Below are positions 41,197 to 52,417 of a stretch of DNA of 64,000 nucleotides, piece by piece; position 1 is the first letter of the stretch, and every line of letters begins with the position of its first letter. The notes beneath the pieces are model-generated. The model was not told the origin of the DNA and did not search any database. It saw only the letters and a program-made list of their open reading frames with translations. The stretch comes from Bdellovibrionales bacterium (lineage in GTDB: Bacteria; Bdellovibrionota; Bdellovibrionia; Bdellovibrionales; CAYMLA01): NCBI GenBank assembly GCA_965217115.1, contig OZ244239.1, positions 1,120,001 to 1,184,000 of the forward strand, written 5' to 3'. Both the position numbers and the translations under genes were made by a program.

Positions 41197-42672
41197 GTGA
41201 GTCTGAAAATGAAATTGTTTGTTTATTTATTAATGATCTCTGGAACTTCTCTAGCACAAGCGTCTAGTTTTGTTCTAGAAAAAACGATCAGTTTAACTGT
41301 CGGCGTCGTCCAAGATGAAAAGGTTCCCTTCATTCCAAAAAACTATAAATTTATTAAAGAAAAAGGCTTAAGTCGACTCACATCTATTGCCTATGATCCT
41401 AAAACTAAAACCATGCGTTTCAATCCTAAAAGGCCAGGATTCAAAACTCTCACCATTCGTGATGCCAAGCTTAACATTATTGGTCGAATCGGTATCGACG
41501 TCACCAAAAACCAACTCAGTAAAGTCGTTCGCGAACTGAAATCTCTTTTAGGAGATATTGAGGGCATTCAAATTAGGATTATTAATAATAAAGTCCTCAT
41601 TGATGGGCAAGTCCTACTGCCAAAAGATCTTAGCCGTATATATGTTGTTGTTAAGCAATACGGTGGTGTCGTATCTAGCCTTGTTACCATTAGTCCTCTA
41701 GCACAGAAAAAAATTGCTGCGTACATAGAGAGAGATATCAATAACCCTGAAATATCCGTACGCGCAGTGAATGGCAAGTTTATTCTTGAAGGTGTTGCTA
41801 AGAGCCAAGCTGAAAAAGATCGTTCATTATCTATTGCCTTTCTCTACGCTCCTGATGTTGTTTTAGAAGACAAAAATTCGGGCATAAAGAAAAGAAAAAT
41901 TGGAAATGCAAACATCATTGACCTTATTAAAATTAAAAAAGGTTCGACTCCTCCTCCTGGAAAAATGCTTCAAATTGTTCTTCATTACGTAGAATTGAAA
42001 AAAAATTATACCAAAGGTTTTCGCTTTCAATGGACACCATCTCTAGGTGATGAGTCAAAACTTCAATTTGAATCAAGTGGCCGATCCCCCTCTGGAGTCA
42101 TAAGCAGCATTACAGGAACCATCTCCAATTTGCTCCCTAAACTCAACTGGGCAAAACAACATGGTCATGCTAAAATTTTAAAAAGTTCCACGATCATTGT
42201 TCAAGATAAAAAACAAGGGTCCTTTAATTCTGTAACCCAAATTCCCTATCCAACAACCAGTGAAGGTGGACAGGTCGTTACAAAGCGTATTGATGTTGGC
42301 CTCAAGACCGTTGTCACACCACAGATCCTTGGCCCTCGCTCTGATAGTATCTCACTCGATGTAAACTTTAATATTGGAAGCGTCACTGGTTCCTCCGATG
42401 ATGGACCCCTCACTTCAAAAAATGATGTTAAAACAACGATTGTTCTACGCAGTGGCCAGAGCGCTGCCATTGCTGGTCTGATTTCCAATACTTCTGGAAT
42501 TGATTACAACAAATTACCTGATGGAGTCACTAATCCCATTGTCAGTCTTTACGCCTCTAAAGCTTTCGTGCGTAATCAAAGCCAATTTGTCGTCTTTGTC
42601 ACACCTATTATTAAAAGCTCTGCCAGCGCTGGGTCTGAAAAAATAAAACGAAAGTTTCGTCTGCGTAATTAA
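41197..42672 (+). CDS. cpaC: Tad pilus secretin CpaC/RcpA (with BON-like domains)
   Basis: Signal peptide, N-terminal Ig/BON-like repeats, secretin tail (GLKTVVTP, LRSGQSAAIAGL, FVVFVTP); position after cpaB. Confidence 0.85.
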   Translation: MSLKMKLFVYLLMISGTSLAQASSFVLEKTISLTVGVVQDEKVPFIPKNYKFIKEKGLSRLTSIAYDPKTKTMRFNPKRPGFKTLTIRDAKLNIIGRIGIDVTKNQLSKVVRELKSLLGDIEGIQIRIINNKVLIDGQVLLPKDLSRIYVVVKQYGGVVSSLVTISPLAQKKIAAYIERDINNPEISVRAVNGKFILEGVAKSQAEKDRSLSIAFLYAPDVVLEDKNSGIKKRKIGNANIIDLIKIKKGSTPPPGKMLQIVLHYVELKKNYTKGFRFQWTPSLGDESKLQFESSGRSPSGVISSITGTISNLLPKLNWAKQHGHAKILKSSTIIVQDKKQGSFNSVTQIPYPTTSEGGQVVTKRIDVGLKTVVTPQILGPRSDSISLDVNFNIGSVTGSSDDGPLTSKNDVKTTIVLRSGQSAAIAGLISNTSGIDYNKLPDGVTNPIVSLYASKAFVRNQSQFVVFVTPIIKSSASAGSEKIKRKFRLRN

Positions 42673-42761
42673 TAAACGACTTTTCAATAGTTGCTATTTT
42701 CTAAACTAATGTCTCATGTAGAAAAAAGTATTCTTGTCCGAAAAGTGTATTGGAGGTCTGT

Positions 42762-45014
42762 GTGGCTGTTAGTCCAAATTGTCACATTATAGGGGTTATA
42801 GGCGGAAAAGGTGGTGTCGGGAAAAGTGTTTTGGCCGCCAATTTAGCCTGTGCCCTACAAATTGAAATGCGCGCGCAGGTCCTTCTATTAGAGGCTGACT
42901 CTAAAAGCTGTGGGGACCAAAACGTCATTCTAGGTCTACGTCCGCCAAAAACACTCAACGATGTCTCAACATTCACTGGAGCCATAACTCCTCAATCTAT
43001 GGGAACAGTTGCCGCCAAACATCCCTGTGGTGTTCATTACGTTGGTGCTGTTATCACTCCAGAGGATATTATCAATCCCGATCCTATTCTTGTAAAAAAA
43101 CAAGTCGAAGCTTTTAGTCGCATTCACAAGTACATTGTTATCGACCTCGGCTGTGACCCCCAAGAATTACAAATGACTCTACTTGAGTCCTGTGATGCTC
43201 TGCTCGTTGTGACCGCCCCCGAAGTTCTTGTCGTCAATCAGACTCTCAAACTTCTTAATAACCTCACCACAGCAACTCTTCCAAGTGATATGATGCAAAT
43301 CGTGATCAACAAAGCAGGAAAAGGCTCCCTTTCTCCCCAGGTCATTCAAGGAACTCTAAAAAAACCAGTGATTGCCGCCATACCATCAGATGACATCACA
43401 ACAGCCAATAGCCTGCAACGCTCCACGCCTTTCATCGTTAGCCATCCAAAAACACCCATCTCTGCCTCTTACCACGATCTCGTTAGAAAACTCACTGGTG
43501 GACTTTTGCAAAGACTCAAATCAATTACCAAACCCTCTGTTTTATCAAAAAAAACAGCACGCGCCGACGACGCTTCAGACAATACGATATCCACGGCTTC
43601 ACCATCCCTCTCTCCTCTCATTCAACTTAAACTCCGCGTGCACAGCGAATTGATTAAAGCCATGGATCTTAAAAAAGGGGTTACCGACACCCAGGGAGAC
43701 CCCAACAAAGAGAAGGCCCTTAGACAAAAAACCCAACAGACTATCTCACAAATTGTCGACAAAACAGGTGGCGGACTCGCCCGAGAGGAGAGAATCAAAG
43801 TTATTAAGGAAGTTTTAGATGAAGCTCTCGGACTTGGACCTCTAGAAGATTTACTTTCCGATCATAACGTCACTGAAATTATGGTCAATGGTCACAATAA
43901 TATTTTTATAGAAAAACAAGGTAAGCTACAACTCTCAAAAATTAGCTTTACCTCCAATCTCCACTTAAGAAATGTTATCGAAAGAATTGTCACTCCTTTA
44001 GGAAGGCGAATTGATGAAAAAAGCCCCTACGTTGACGCTCGTCTTGCTGACGGTTCCCGTGTTAATGCTATCATCGAACCCCTCTCTATTGATGGACCAG
44101 CTCTTACAATTCGTAAATTCGCCAAAGACCCCATCACTGTAGATCATTATCTCAAATGGGGATCGATTAATAAACCCATTATTGATTTTCTCAAAATTTG
44201 TGTGGAACAAGGTCTTAACGTTGTTATTTCTGGAGGCACTGGCTCTGGTAAAACAACTCTTCTTAATACTCTTTCACGTTTTATTCCTAGCAACGAGCGC
44301 ATTATCACCATTGAGGATGCAGCTGAATTACAACTCGACCAAGAACATCTGGTTCGGTTAGAAACGAGACCGGCAAATATGGAAGGCACTGGTGCTATTT
44401 CAATTCGAGACCTGATTGTGAACTCTCTACGCATGAGACCAGATCGGATCGTCGTTGGAGAATGTCGTGACGGTGCCGCTTTAGATATGTTGCAAGCCAT
44501 GAACACAGGCCATGACGGCTCTATGACAACAACCCATGCCAATTCTCCTCGAGAGTGTCTTGCCCGTCTAGAAACTCTCTGCCTTATGGCCGGAATGGAA
44601 TTACCACTCAAAGCTATTCGTGAACAAATTGCAGGAGCCGTTAATCTTATCATACAGATCAGTCGCCTCTCCGATGGCTCAAGAAAAATCCTAAGCGTGA
44701 CCGAAGTCGTGGGAATGCAGGGGGAAACAATCACCTTGCAGGAAATTTTTCGCTACAAAGAAGAGGGTTTTGATAAAAATAGAAAGATTACCGGTCATTT
44801 CCAGGCCATGGGACTTATTCCGTCTTTTATTGAAAAACTTGAAGCAAAAGGAATTATGATTCCACGAAATATTTTTGTTAATTCACCAAAAGAGGTAAAA
44901 TCCACTTCTAATCCCTCTGTCACAAATAAAAAGGTGCAGCCCCTGACACCCAGAATTCCCCCTCGAAAACCCCTTGGTTTTAAAAAAACGGGGACTGATG
45001 GGAGTAACACCTAA
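42762..45014 (+). CDS. tadA: Fused TadZ/CpaE (MinD-like) + TadA/CpaF ATPase
   Basis: N-terminal GGKGGVGKS deviant Walker A; C-terminal GGTGSGKTT, IEDAAEL, LRMRPDRIVVGE, AMNTGHDG; GGAGG RBS before GTG 42762. Confidence 0.92.
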   Translation: MAVSPNCHIIGVIGGKGGVGKSVLAANLACALQIEMRAQVLLLEADSKSCGDQNVILGLRPPKTLNDVSTFTGAITPQSMGTVAAKHPCGVHYVGAVITPEDIINPDPILVKKQVEAFSRIHKYIVIDLGCDPQELQMTLLESCDALLVVTAPEVLVVNQTLKLLNNLTTATLPSDMMQIVINKAGKGSLSPQVIQGTLKKPVIAAIPSDDITTANSLQRSTPFIVSHPKTPISASYHDLVRKLTGGLLQRLKSITKPSVLSKKTARADDASDNTISTASPSLSPLIQLKLRVHSELIKAMDLKKGVTDTQGDPNKEKALRQKTQQTISQIVDKTGGGLAREERIKVIKEVLDEALGLGPLEDLLSDHNVTEIMVNGHNNIFIEKQGKLQLSKISFTSNLHLRNVIERIVTPLGRRIDEKSPYVDARLADGSRVNAIIEPLSIDGPALTIRKFAKDPITVDHYLKWGSINKPIIDFLKICVEQGLNVVISGGTGSGKTTLLNTLSRFIPSNERIITIEDAAELQLDQEHLVRLETRPANMEGTGAISIRDLIVNSLRMRPDRIVVGECRDGAALDMLQAMNTGHDGSMTTTHANSPRECLARLETLCLMAGMELPLKAIREQIAGAVNLIIQISRLSDGSRKILSVTEVVGMQGETITLQEIFRYKEEGFDKNRKITGHFQAMGLIPSFIEKLEAKGIMIPRNIFVNSPKEVKSTSNPSVTNKKVQPLTPRIPPRKPLGFKKTGTDGSNT

Positions 45015-45892
45015 TGCTTTCATTTTTTACCCAAAACTGGGTCTTTGAAATTACTATTGGCCTTATTGTTTTTACTATTTCACTTCTATACTCAAACCGT
45101 ATTATCTCTTGGCTTGCACAAAAAAGCCTTGGACAGAGACAAACTGTCCTCGAACTGCTTGACAAAATGTTCGTTGAAATCAATGAAAAACAAGTGACAT
45201 ATGCCATGCTCAGCATCTCCTTTGGGTTTGGATTTCTCGTTTTTCTCGCTCTTTGGCCTAACATCATTCCCGGAATTTTATTTGCCTCTATTGTCACCAT
45301 TGTTGGGTGGTCAATTCCAAAAATATTGATTCAAACTCTCTACGAAAAAAGGTGTGATCGCTTTGTAGATCAAATGCTTGATGCCATGACCATAATGGCC
45401 AATGGAGTCAAAAGCGGTCTCAGCGTTTCTCAATGTCTGGAGCGTGTTTCAGACAATCTTCAAAACCCCATTAGCCAAGAATTTGGCCTCGTTCTGTCAC
45501 AAATACGTCTTGGCCGCAGCCTTGAAGAGGCCCTCGTGGAGCTCAACGAGAGAGTCCCTCGACCTGATGTGCAGATGTTCGTTACTTCCGTTAATATTTT
45601 AAAAGAGACAGGGGGAAACCTCGCCGAAACTTTTGTCACCATTACAAGCACCATTCGTGAACGACAAAAAGTTCAGAAAAAAATTGAATCCCTCACTGCC
45701 CAAGGCCTTATGCAAGGGCTCATTATCAGCCTCGTCCCCTTTGCTTTGCTTATTCTTTTCCTATTAATTGATCCAGCCTTTGTTATGCCACTTTTCACTA
45801 AGCCATTAGGCTGGTTTTTCCTATTCATAATGCTAGGACTGCAAGCTGTTGGTGGCTTTATGATTCGTAAGATTGTTAAAATTGATGTGTAG
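45014..45892 (+). CDS. tadB: Tad pilus platform protein TadB
   Basis: QMLDAMTIMANGVKSGLS, ETGGNLAE, LTAQG motifs. Confidence 0.92.
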   Translation: MLSFFTQNWVFEITIGLIVFTISLLYSNRIISWLAQKSLGQRQTVLELLDKMFVEINEKQVTYAMLSISFGFGFLVFLALWPNIIPGILFASIVTIVGWSIPKILIQTLYEKRCDRFVDQMLDAMTIMANGVKSGLSVSQCLERVSDNLQNPISQEFGLVLSQIRLGRSLEEALVELNERVPRPDVQMFVTSVNILKETGGNLAETFVTITSTIRERQKVQKKIESLTAQGLMQGLIISLVPFALLILFLLIDPAFVMPLFTKPLGWFFLFIMLGLQAVGGFMIRKIVKIDV

Positions 45893-45910
45893 ATACTCTA
45901 TGGAGGTTTT

Positions 45911-47569
45911 GTGAAAATATTTTTATCATCTCTTGTCTTTCTTTTTATCAGCTCTACGGCATTCTCAATTGTCGATATGAGAAATGCTAATTATGCCGAC
46001 ACCTGGCCAGACCTCATCGCCCCTGGCAATGGCTTTGATCTTCGAGTCGCGAGAACCTACAACAGTCGTTCATTATTCAATGGTATGTTCGGCTTCGGCT
46101 GGTGTTCTGATTTCGAGACAACCATTAAAACCACTCCTGAAGGCAATATCAAGCTCACTGAGTGTGGTGGTGGATTAGAGGTTGTTTATCTTCCTAAAAA
46201 TTTCAACCCTAAATCCATAGAAAAAACCATTGATAAAATAATCACAAAGGTTCGCAAAAAAGAACGTCGCAACCCCGCATATCTGTCATCTCTCTCTAAG
46301 CAGCTAAGACAAGATTTAAAATTAAGAGAGAAATATTCACAAAAATATTCCATAAAAGAAAAGTTTAACCCCTCTGGGAAGAAATTCTACGCTAATGGCA
46401 AAGAGATTGATCATTTCTTCATAAAAAATAATTTTTTTCATCGAATTCTACCAGATGGTTCAAAAGAGATTTTCAACAAAAAAGGGCGACTTGTTCGCAA
46501 GATAGACAAAAACAGGAATTTTCTAAAACTCACCTATAAAAAAAATCTTTTAAAAGAAATCATTGATAACAATGGTCGCAAACTTCTTTTTAAATATTAC
46601 TCTAATAGAAAAAAAGTACGACAAATTTTGGGACCCAATGGACTCAAATCTGAGTACAAGTTTAAAAATTTTGATGATCTTATCTGGGTTAAAAATTCGT
46701 GGAACAACACTTATAAACTCGCTTACGATGATCTTCATAATTTACTGAAATTAGACTACCCAGACAAAACAACTAAGGAAATTACTTATAATACTAAAAA
46801 AGACTGGGTGACTAGCTTTAAAGACCGTGAAGGGTGTTTGGAAACCTATAAATACGGCGAAGACAAAAAAAAACCTGAATTTCACTACTGGTCTATCGTT
46901 AAAAAAGTTTGCGGAAAAAAAATCGTCAATAACAGTCGTTATGAGTTTTGGTACAAAAAACGTTCTTCTGACAAGAAGCCCTACCTCTATCGCGTTTTTT
47001 CAAAAATAAACTCTAACGTCACAGATATTCTATATCACGAGATTTTTGGCAAACCGATTAGTCTCCGACATAATAACAACAAAACAACTCTTTCCTATTT
47101 TTCTAACGGACTGCTTAGAAGTAAAAGAACATCCGAAAAATTATTAACTTTCAAATACAATAATAAATTTAAATCTGTTTCTGAAGTGACTTCTATTTTT
47201 TACAACACTAAAGGCAAAAAGATAAAATCTCGCTCCACTAGTTTTGACTACGATGGAAAAGGAAACTTAATGTTTGCCAAAAACACCGACGGCCAGAAAA
47301 TTTGGCTCACCCATGACTCCAAAGGTCGAATTTCTTCAATAAAAGATCAGGCTAAAAAAATCGTGCGAATCAAGTACGAAAGCCGATTCGGCAAACCCTC
47401 TTATGTAAGCCGACCTGGGCTCGGCTCTATTAAGGTCACCTACAAATTGGACGGAACTATTAAACAAGTTAAAAGCAAAGAGGGCCCAAGAATAGCCATA
47501 CAAGTCGCCAGTACCTTTAACAACCTCTTAGATATTGTTGCCCCAGCAACAACAGAAGTTTCTTTATAA
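45911..47569 (+). CDS. Exported RHS/YD-repeat protein (Bd0109-like), no toxin tip
   Basis: Signal peptide, RTYNS..GMFGFGW N-terminal RHS-associated domain, YD-type repeats; position after tadB. Confidence 0.85.
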   Translation: MKIFLSSLVFLFISSTAFSIVDMRNANYADTWPDLIAPGNGFDLRVARTYNSRSLFNGMFGFGWCSDFETTIKTTPEGNIKLTECGGGLEVVYLPKNFNPKSIEKTIDKIITKVRKKERRNPAYLSSLSKQLRQDLKLREKYSQKYSIKEKFNPSGKKFYANGKEIDHFFIKNNFFHRILPDGSKEIFNKKGRLVRKIDKNRNFLKLTYKKNLLKEIIDNNGRKLLFKYYSNRKKVRQILGPNGLKSEYKFKNFDDLIWVKNSWNNTYKLAYDDLHNLLKLDYPDKTTKEITYNTKKDWVTSFKDREGCLETYKYGEDKKKPEFHYWSIVKKVCGKKIVNNSRYEFWYKKRSSDKKPYLYRVFSKINSNVTDILYHEIFGKPISLRHNNNKTTLSYFSNGLLRSKRTSEKLLTFKYNNKFKSVSEVTSIFYNTKGKKIKSRSTSFDYDGKGNLMFAKNTDGQKIWLTHDSKGRISSIKDQAKKIVRIKYESRFGKPSYVSRPGLGSIKVTYKLDGTIKQVKSKEGPRIAIQVASTFNNLLDIVAPATTEVSL

Positions 47570-47579
47570 GGAGATCAAA

Positions 47580-47873
47580 ATGAAATTTTTAGTTTTAACC
47601 ACCATCTTTATCTTGTCTTTTTATGCTATAACCGATGATTCTTTTGCTGAACCCAATAAGAACGATCCCAATCTACAAATAGTGACCCCCCAATCTCCTA
47701 TCAGCCAAGCCACATTCTCTAATAATGGTGTTTTTGCAACCAGCGATGGTATTCCTCAAAAATGCTCTCAAAACTGTACTGGCGACAATGCTGCTTCCGT
47801 CTTAAGGGGAGAGGATTCAAATCCGGAGACCAGCACCCATTCGGCGGGGTCTACAGAAAATACTGTTCAATAA
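47580..47873 (+). CDS. Small secreted disordered protein, positional Bd0108 (Hit) candidate
   Basis: AAGGAG RBS before ATG 47580; signal peptide, low-complexity mature part with CSQNC; 97 aa; directly after the RHS gene. Confidence 0.7.
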   Translation: MKFLVLTTIFILSFYAITDDSFAEPNKNDPNLQIVTPQSPISQATFSNNGVFATSDGIPQKCSQNCTGDNAASVLRGEDSNPETSTHSAGSTENTVQ

Positions 47874-47883
47874 CAGAGACTTA

Positions 47884-47909
47884 TCAACTGCTTCTGCAGT
47901 TGACCTTTT
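47884..47909 (+). terminator. Probable terminator of the Tad/hit operon
   Basis: TCAACTGC-TTCT-GCAGTTGA followed by CCTTTT. Confidence 0.6.
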
Positions 47910-48125
47910 GCGCTCTTTTGCTGTAAACTCTTTTTTCATACCGTAACCACTTGTTTTTACTTCTATTTATCAGTTCTCCCTCCCCTTTCCCCGACCTTCT
48001 TTAAAAACCCTTAATGCACGATCGACTCTTTTGGACGTGATTTCAAGCATCTCTCCCCTTATTTTCCTCTCTAAATATCTGTTAATACACGACTAATCAG
48101 GGTTTCCTGATTCCTGCTGTCTCTG

Positions 48126-48141
48126 TGGCACAGTTGTCGCT
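48126..48141 (+). promoter_or_regulatory. Putative sigma54 promoter
   Basis: TGGCACAGTTGTCGCT: GG-N10-GC with TGGCAC -24 box; palindrome AATCAGG-GTTT-CCTGATT at 48095-48112. Confidence 0.55.
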
Positions 48142-48195
48142 TTACTTCTAAGTATAAAGAAATAATTGATTCAATTAACTAAGGAGACCTGAACA

Positions 48196-48384
48196 ATGAA
48201 ATCTATTCTTATCGCCACAATCACTCTTTTGGCCCTAAACTCTTTCGGTGATGACCACACTAACCCTGTAAACGGCACAGAGGTTGACTGTCCCCATAAA
48301 TTAGAAACGGGGAGAAACACTGACACCAACCCTGAAAAAGAGACCCCTGCCCATTCAACAGGAACTACGAAAGTTATCCGATAA
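48196..48384 (+). CDS. Small secreted peptide resembling the 47580 protein
   Basis: TAAGGAG RBS, signal peptide, 62 aa, followed by a terminator; C-terminus resembles that of 47580..47873. Confidence 0.75.
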   Translation: MKSILIATITLLALNSFGDDHTNPVNGTEVDCPHKLETGRNTDTNPEKETPAHSTGTTKVIR

Positions 48385-48401
48385 TTATTTATCAATCAAT
48401 C

Positions 48402-48438
48402 AAGGAAGAGCGTCGAATTGATCGCTCTTCTTCTTTTT
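48402..48438 (+). terminator. Rho-independent terminator
   Basis: GAAGAGCG...CGCTCTTC stem followed by TTCTTTTT. Confidence 0.7.
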
Positions 48439-48473
48439 GGGTTTGGAGCTTGAGTGCAAATCCATAATTGCAC

Positions 48474-48839
48474 TCATCCATCGCTGTGTTTTTGCAGTAC
48501 CTCTATAACTTCTGGGCCTTGAAATGGCTTCGTAATATAATCCACACAACCAGCCTTCTTCGCTTTTGGCATCATTATATCTCGATCCATCGTAGAAATT
48601 CCTATGATTTTAGCTTGAGGATTTTGAGCTAAGATTTCCTTTGTCGCTTCTAGTCCATTTTTTTCTGGCATCGACATATCCATTAAAACAATATCGGGAG
48701 AGTGAGTATTATAAGCTTCCACAGCTAATTGGCCATTTTCAGCCTCGGCGACAACCTTCATACCACTGTCTTCAATCAATCTTTTTAAAATTTCACGAAT
48801 GAAAGAGGCATCATCGACAATAAGAATCGTTACTAACAT
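48474..48839 (-). CDS. cheY: Single-domain CheY-like response regulator
   Basis: ILIVDD, VLMDMSMPEKNG (phospho-Asp), YITKPF. Confidence 0.85.
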   Translation of the reverse strand: MLVTILIVDDASFIREILKRLIEDSGMKVVAEAENGQLAVEAYNTHSPDIVLMDMSMPEKNGLEATKEILAQNPQAKIIGISTMDRDIMMPKAKKAGCVDYITKPFQGPEVIEVLQKHSDG

Positions 48840-48907
48840 AAACTTAGTATAGGTGATGATCGTAATTTGAGGGAGTCCTCTTTGTTCCTACCAGTCTATC
48901 GTCTGTA

Positions 48908-49966
48908 CTAGCTTCCCCAGCGATAGCCAAAGGATAAGGTGCTCATTACTTGTTTTACAGAGGTATTCGTTGGAATTTGACCTGTCTTTGGCTCAGGCTC
49001 GCTTACCGGCCCTGAAAAAATATTTTTCTCTGAAGATACTTCCAAATTCCAAAAAAAGCTTTCTCCTTTTGAAAGTTCATAGTCACAGCCTAAACTTATG
49101 CTTAACTCGCTCGCTTGAGCATCTGTCCCTGAACTTAAAGAAAAACGATTCGTATCCTTTTCTCTGTGAAGCAGTTTAGGAGCTAGCGCCACCCCTAAAT
49201 CCCATGATTTTTTTTCTGTCACTGGTATTTTTATTTTCAGCCGCAGGCCAAAACCAGATGTCCTCAAGTTCACTCTGTTCTCTTCTTCAGAAGAAACTTT
49301 AAAATTATTTTCTAAAAAAAATATCCCATAAAACAAAGAAGTTGTTTTCTTTCCCGTCCAGTAGGTTTTCTTTATGTCAAGACCCACCTTAACTCTCTTG
49401 TCATCCACTCCCACTCGATTTTTTCCTTGAGAAGAAATGTCGGCCTCTAAAGACGTTGTGTATTTACCCCAAAGAGAAAACTCTTTGTCCAAGGCAAGTC
49501 GTGTCGACACAACAAGACCATGGCTAAAAAAATTATACTCTCTAAAGGAATAGTTACTCGACGAGTCTAAATACAAAAAGGCAGGAGCTATCTCTAGATC
49601 AAAAAACCCTTTTTTCCCATGGGTCTTTGTCTCTTTTTTATGAGCATGCTTTAACTCCACAGAGACTAACTCGGTTTTTTCTTTATTATCTCTAACCTCT
49701 TCTGGCAAAGACTTAACCTCTTCTGGCAGGGATTTAACCTCTTCTGGCAAGGGTTTAACCTCAACGGTCACTTCAGGTACCTCTGTCTCCACATCTCTTA
49801 TTTCAATGATCTCTGCCTCTGGTTTTTTCGTATAGCGCCCAGAGGAGGTTGGCTCAGCGCCCGACGCTCCATCTAAAAGAACAGAACTGGACGGGTCCAG
49901 CTGGGCAGAAACAAAACCACTCGATAACCAGACTAAAGTCCAAATAAATATGAAAAAAGGTTTCAT
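48908..49966 (-). CDS. Putative outer-membrane beta-barrel protein with acidic N-terminal linker
   Basis: Signal peptide, VK(P/S)LPEE repeats, amphipathic strands, C-terminal SFGYRWGS. Confidence 0.7.
   Translation of the reverse strand: MKPFFIFIWTLVWLSSGFVSAQLDPSSSVLLDGASGAEPTSSGRYTKKPEAEIIEIRDVETEVPEVTVEVKPLPEEVKSLPEEVKSLPEEVRDNKEKTELVSVELKHAHKKETKTHGKKGFFDLEIAPAFLYLDSSSNYSFREYNFFSHGLVVSTRLALDKEFSLWGKYTTSLEADISSQGKNRVGVDDKRVKVGLDIKKTYWTGKKTTSLFYGIFFLENNFKVSSEEENRVNLRTSGFGLRLKIKIPVTEKKSWDLGVALAPKLLHREKDTNRFSLSSGTDAQASELSISLGCDYELSKGESFFWNLEVSSEKNIFSGPVSEPEPKTGQIPTNTSVKQVMSTLSFGYRWGS
49693..49762. repeat. 21-bp tandem repeat (about 3.3 copies) encoding VKxLPEE
   Basis: TAACCTCTTCTGGCA core repeated at 21-nt period. 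Confidence 0.85.
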
Positions 49967-49973
49967 AGTAGTT

Positions 49974-50000
49974 AGATCGGATTTTTAACAAAATTCTTTA
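49974..50000 (-). promoter_or_regulatory. Putative sigma28 promoter (possibly leaderless transcript)
   Basis: Minus strand TAAA-N15-TCCGATCT ending 7 nt before ATG 49966; no SD sequence. Confidence 0.5.
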
Positions 50001-50086
50001 TATTAAACACCCACTCTTTTCCAATAGGCAAAATATAATTGGCCTCTCTCGTCCTCAAACAACCCATGTCTTCTGAATCTTCAAAT

Positions 50087-50119
50087 AAAAAAAGCCCGGA
50101 AATATCTCCAGGCTTTTTT
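50087..50119 (-). terminator. groEL terminator
   Basis: AAAAAAAGCCCGGA..TCCAGGCTTTTTT stem with U-tract on the - strand. Confidence 0.75.
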
Positions 50120-50149
50120 AACTTTAATTTATTTAACGACGAATATCGC

Positions 50150-51805
<1,656 letters not shown>

Positions 51806-51834
51806 TTATTTTTCATTTAATTTAATTGTTTTTT

Positions 51835-52137
51835 TTACTTACTATTAATGACACCTAAAACATCTTCTTCTCTCATCATCAGAAGTTCTTCTCCCTCAAA
51901 CTTAAGTTCAGTGCCGGCGTACTTGGCAAAAAGAACTTCATCGCCAATTTTAACTTCTAAAGGAAGAACTTTTCCCCCCTCAAGAACTCGTCCATTACCT
52001 GTGGCTATAATTTCACCTTTTTGAGGCTTTTCTTTAGCCGAATCAGGGATGAAAAGTCCACCCGCTGTTTTCTCGTCTTCTGTTTTACGACGTACTAAGA
52101 TGCGATCATGGAGTGGTCTCACTTTTAATTTTCCCAT
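51835..52137 (-). CDS. groES: Co-chaperonin GroES
   Basis: [31 protein letters not shown]. Confidence 0.99.
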   Translation of the reverse strand: MGKLKVRPLHDRILVRRKTEDEKTAGGLFIPDSAKEKPQKGEIIATGNGRVLEGGKVLPLEVKIGDEVLFAKYAGTELKFEGEELLMMREEDVLGVINSK

Positions 52138-52398
52138 AGTATTCCTCCTACTGCAGATTTGTTAATATCATTTTTCATGACAGCAGCAATATGAAGCCTC
52201 TCCCTAAATAGTCAAGACAACAGCTCTATAATTTTTAATTTTTTTTGCCCTAAACCGATAAAACTCTTTAATTCTAATGTGTTAACTTTGTCTGTTTTCC
52301 CACAAACTCTCCACTCCCTAGGACCAGAGAAACACCTCCCCACGGAAAAAGGCCCTTTTCTCTTAAATCTCAGTCATATTAGCCGTTTAAAAAATAAA

Positions 52399-52417
52399 TG
52401 GCGGAGGAACGGGGATT
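52399..52417 (-). mobile_element. Detached tRNA 3' end (Ser-like): att-site duplicate at a genomic island edge
   Basis: Reverse complement AATCCCCGTTCCTCCGCCA = end of T-loop, 3' T-stem, acceptor strand, G discriminator, CCA; the rest of the tRNA is absent. Confidence 0.7.

Noticed and set aside
45911..47873. RHS toxin-immunity pair
   Set aside because: No RHS core cleavage motif or toxin tip, and the downstream protein is secreted and disordered; fits a Bd0109/Bd0108-type pair better
52138..52398. CIRCE element upstream of groES
   Set aside because: No TTAGCACTC-N9-GAGTGCTAA found
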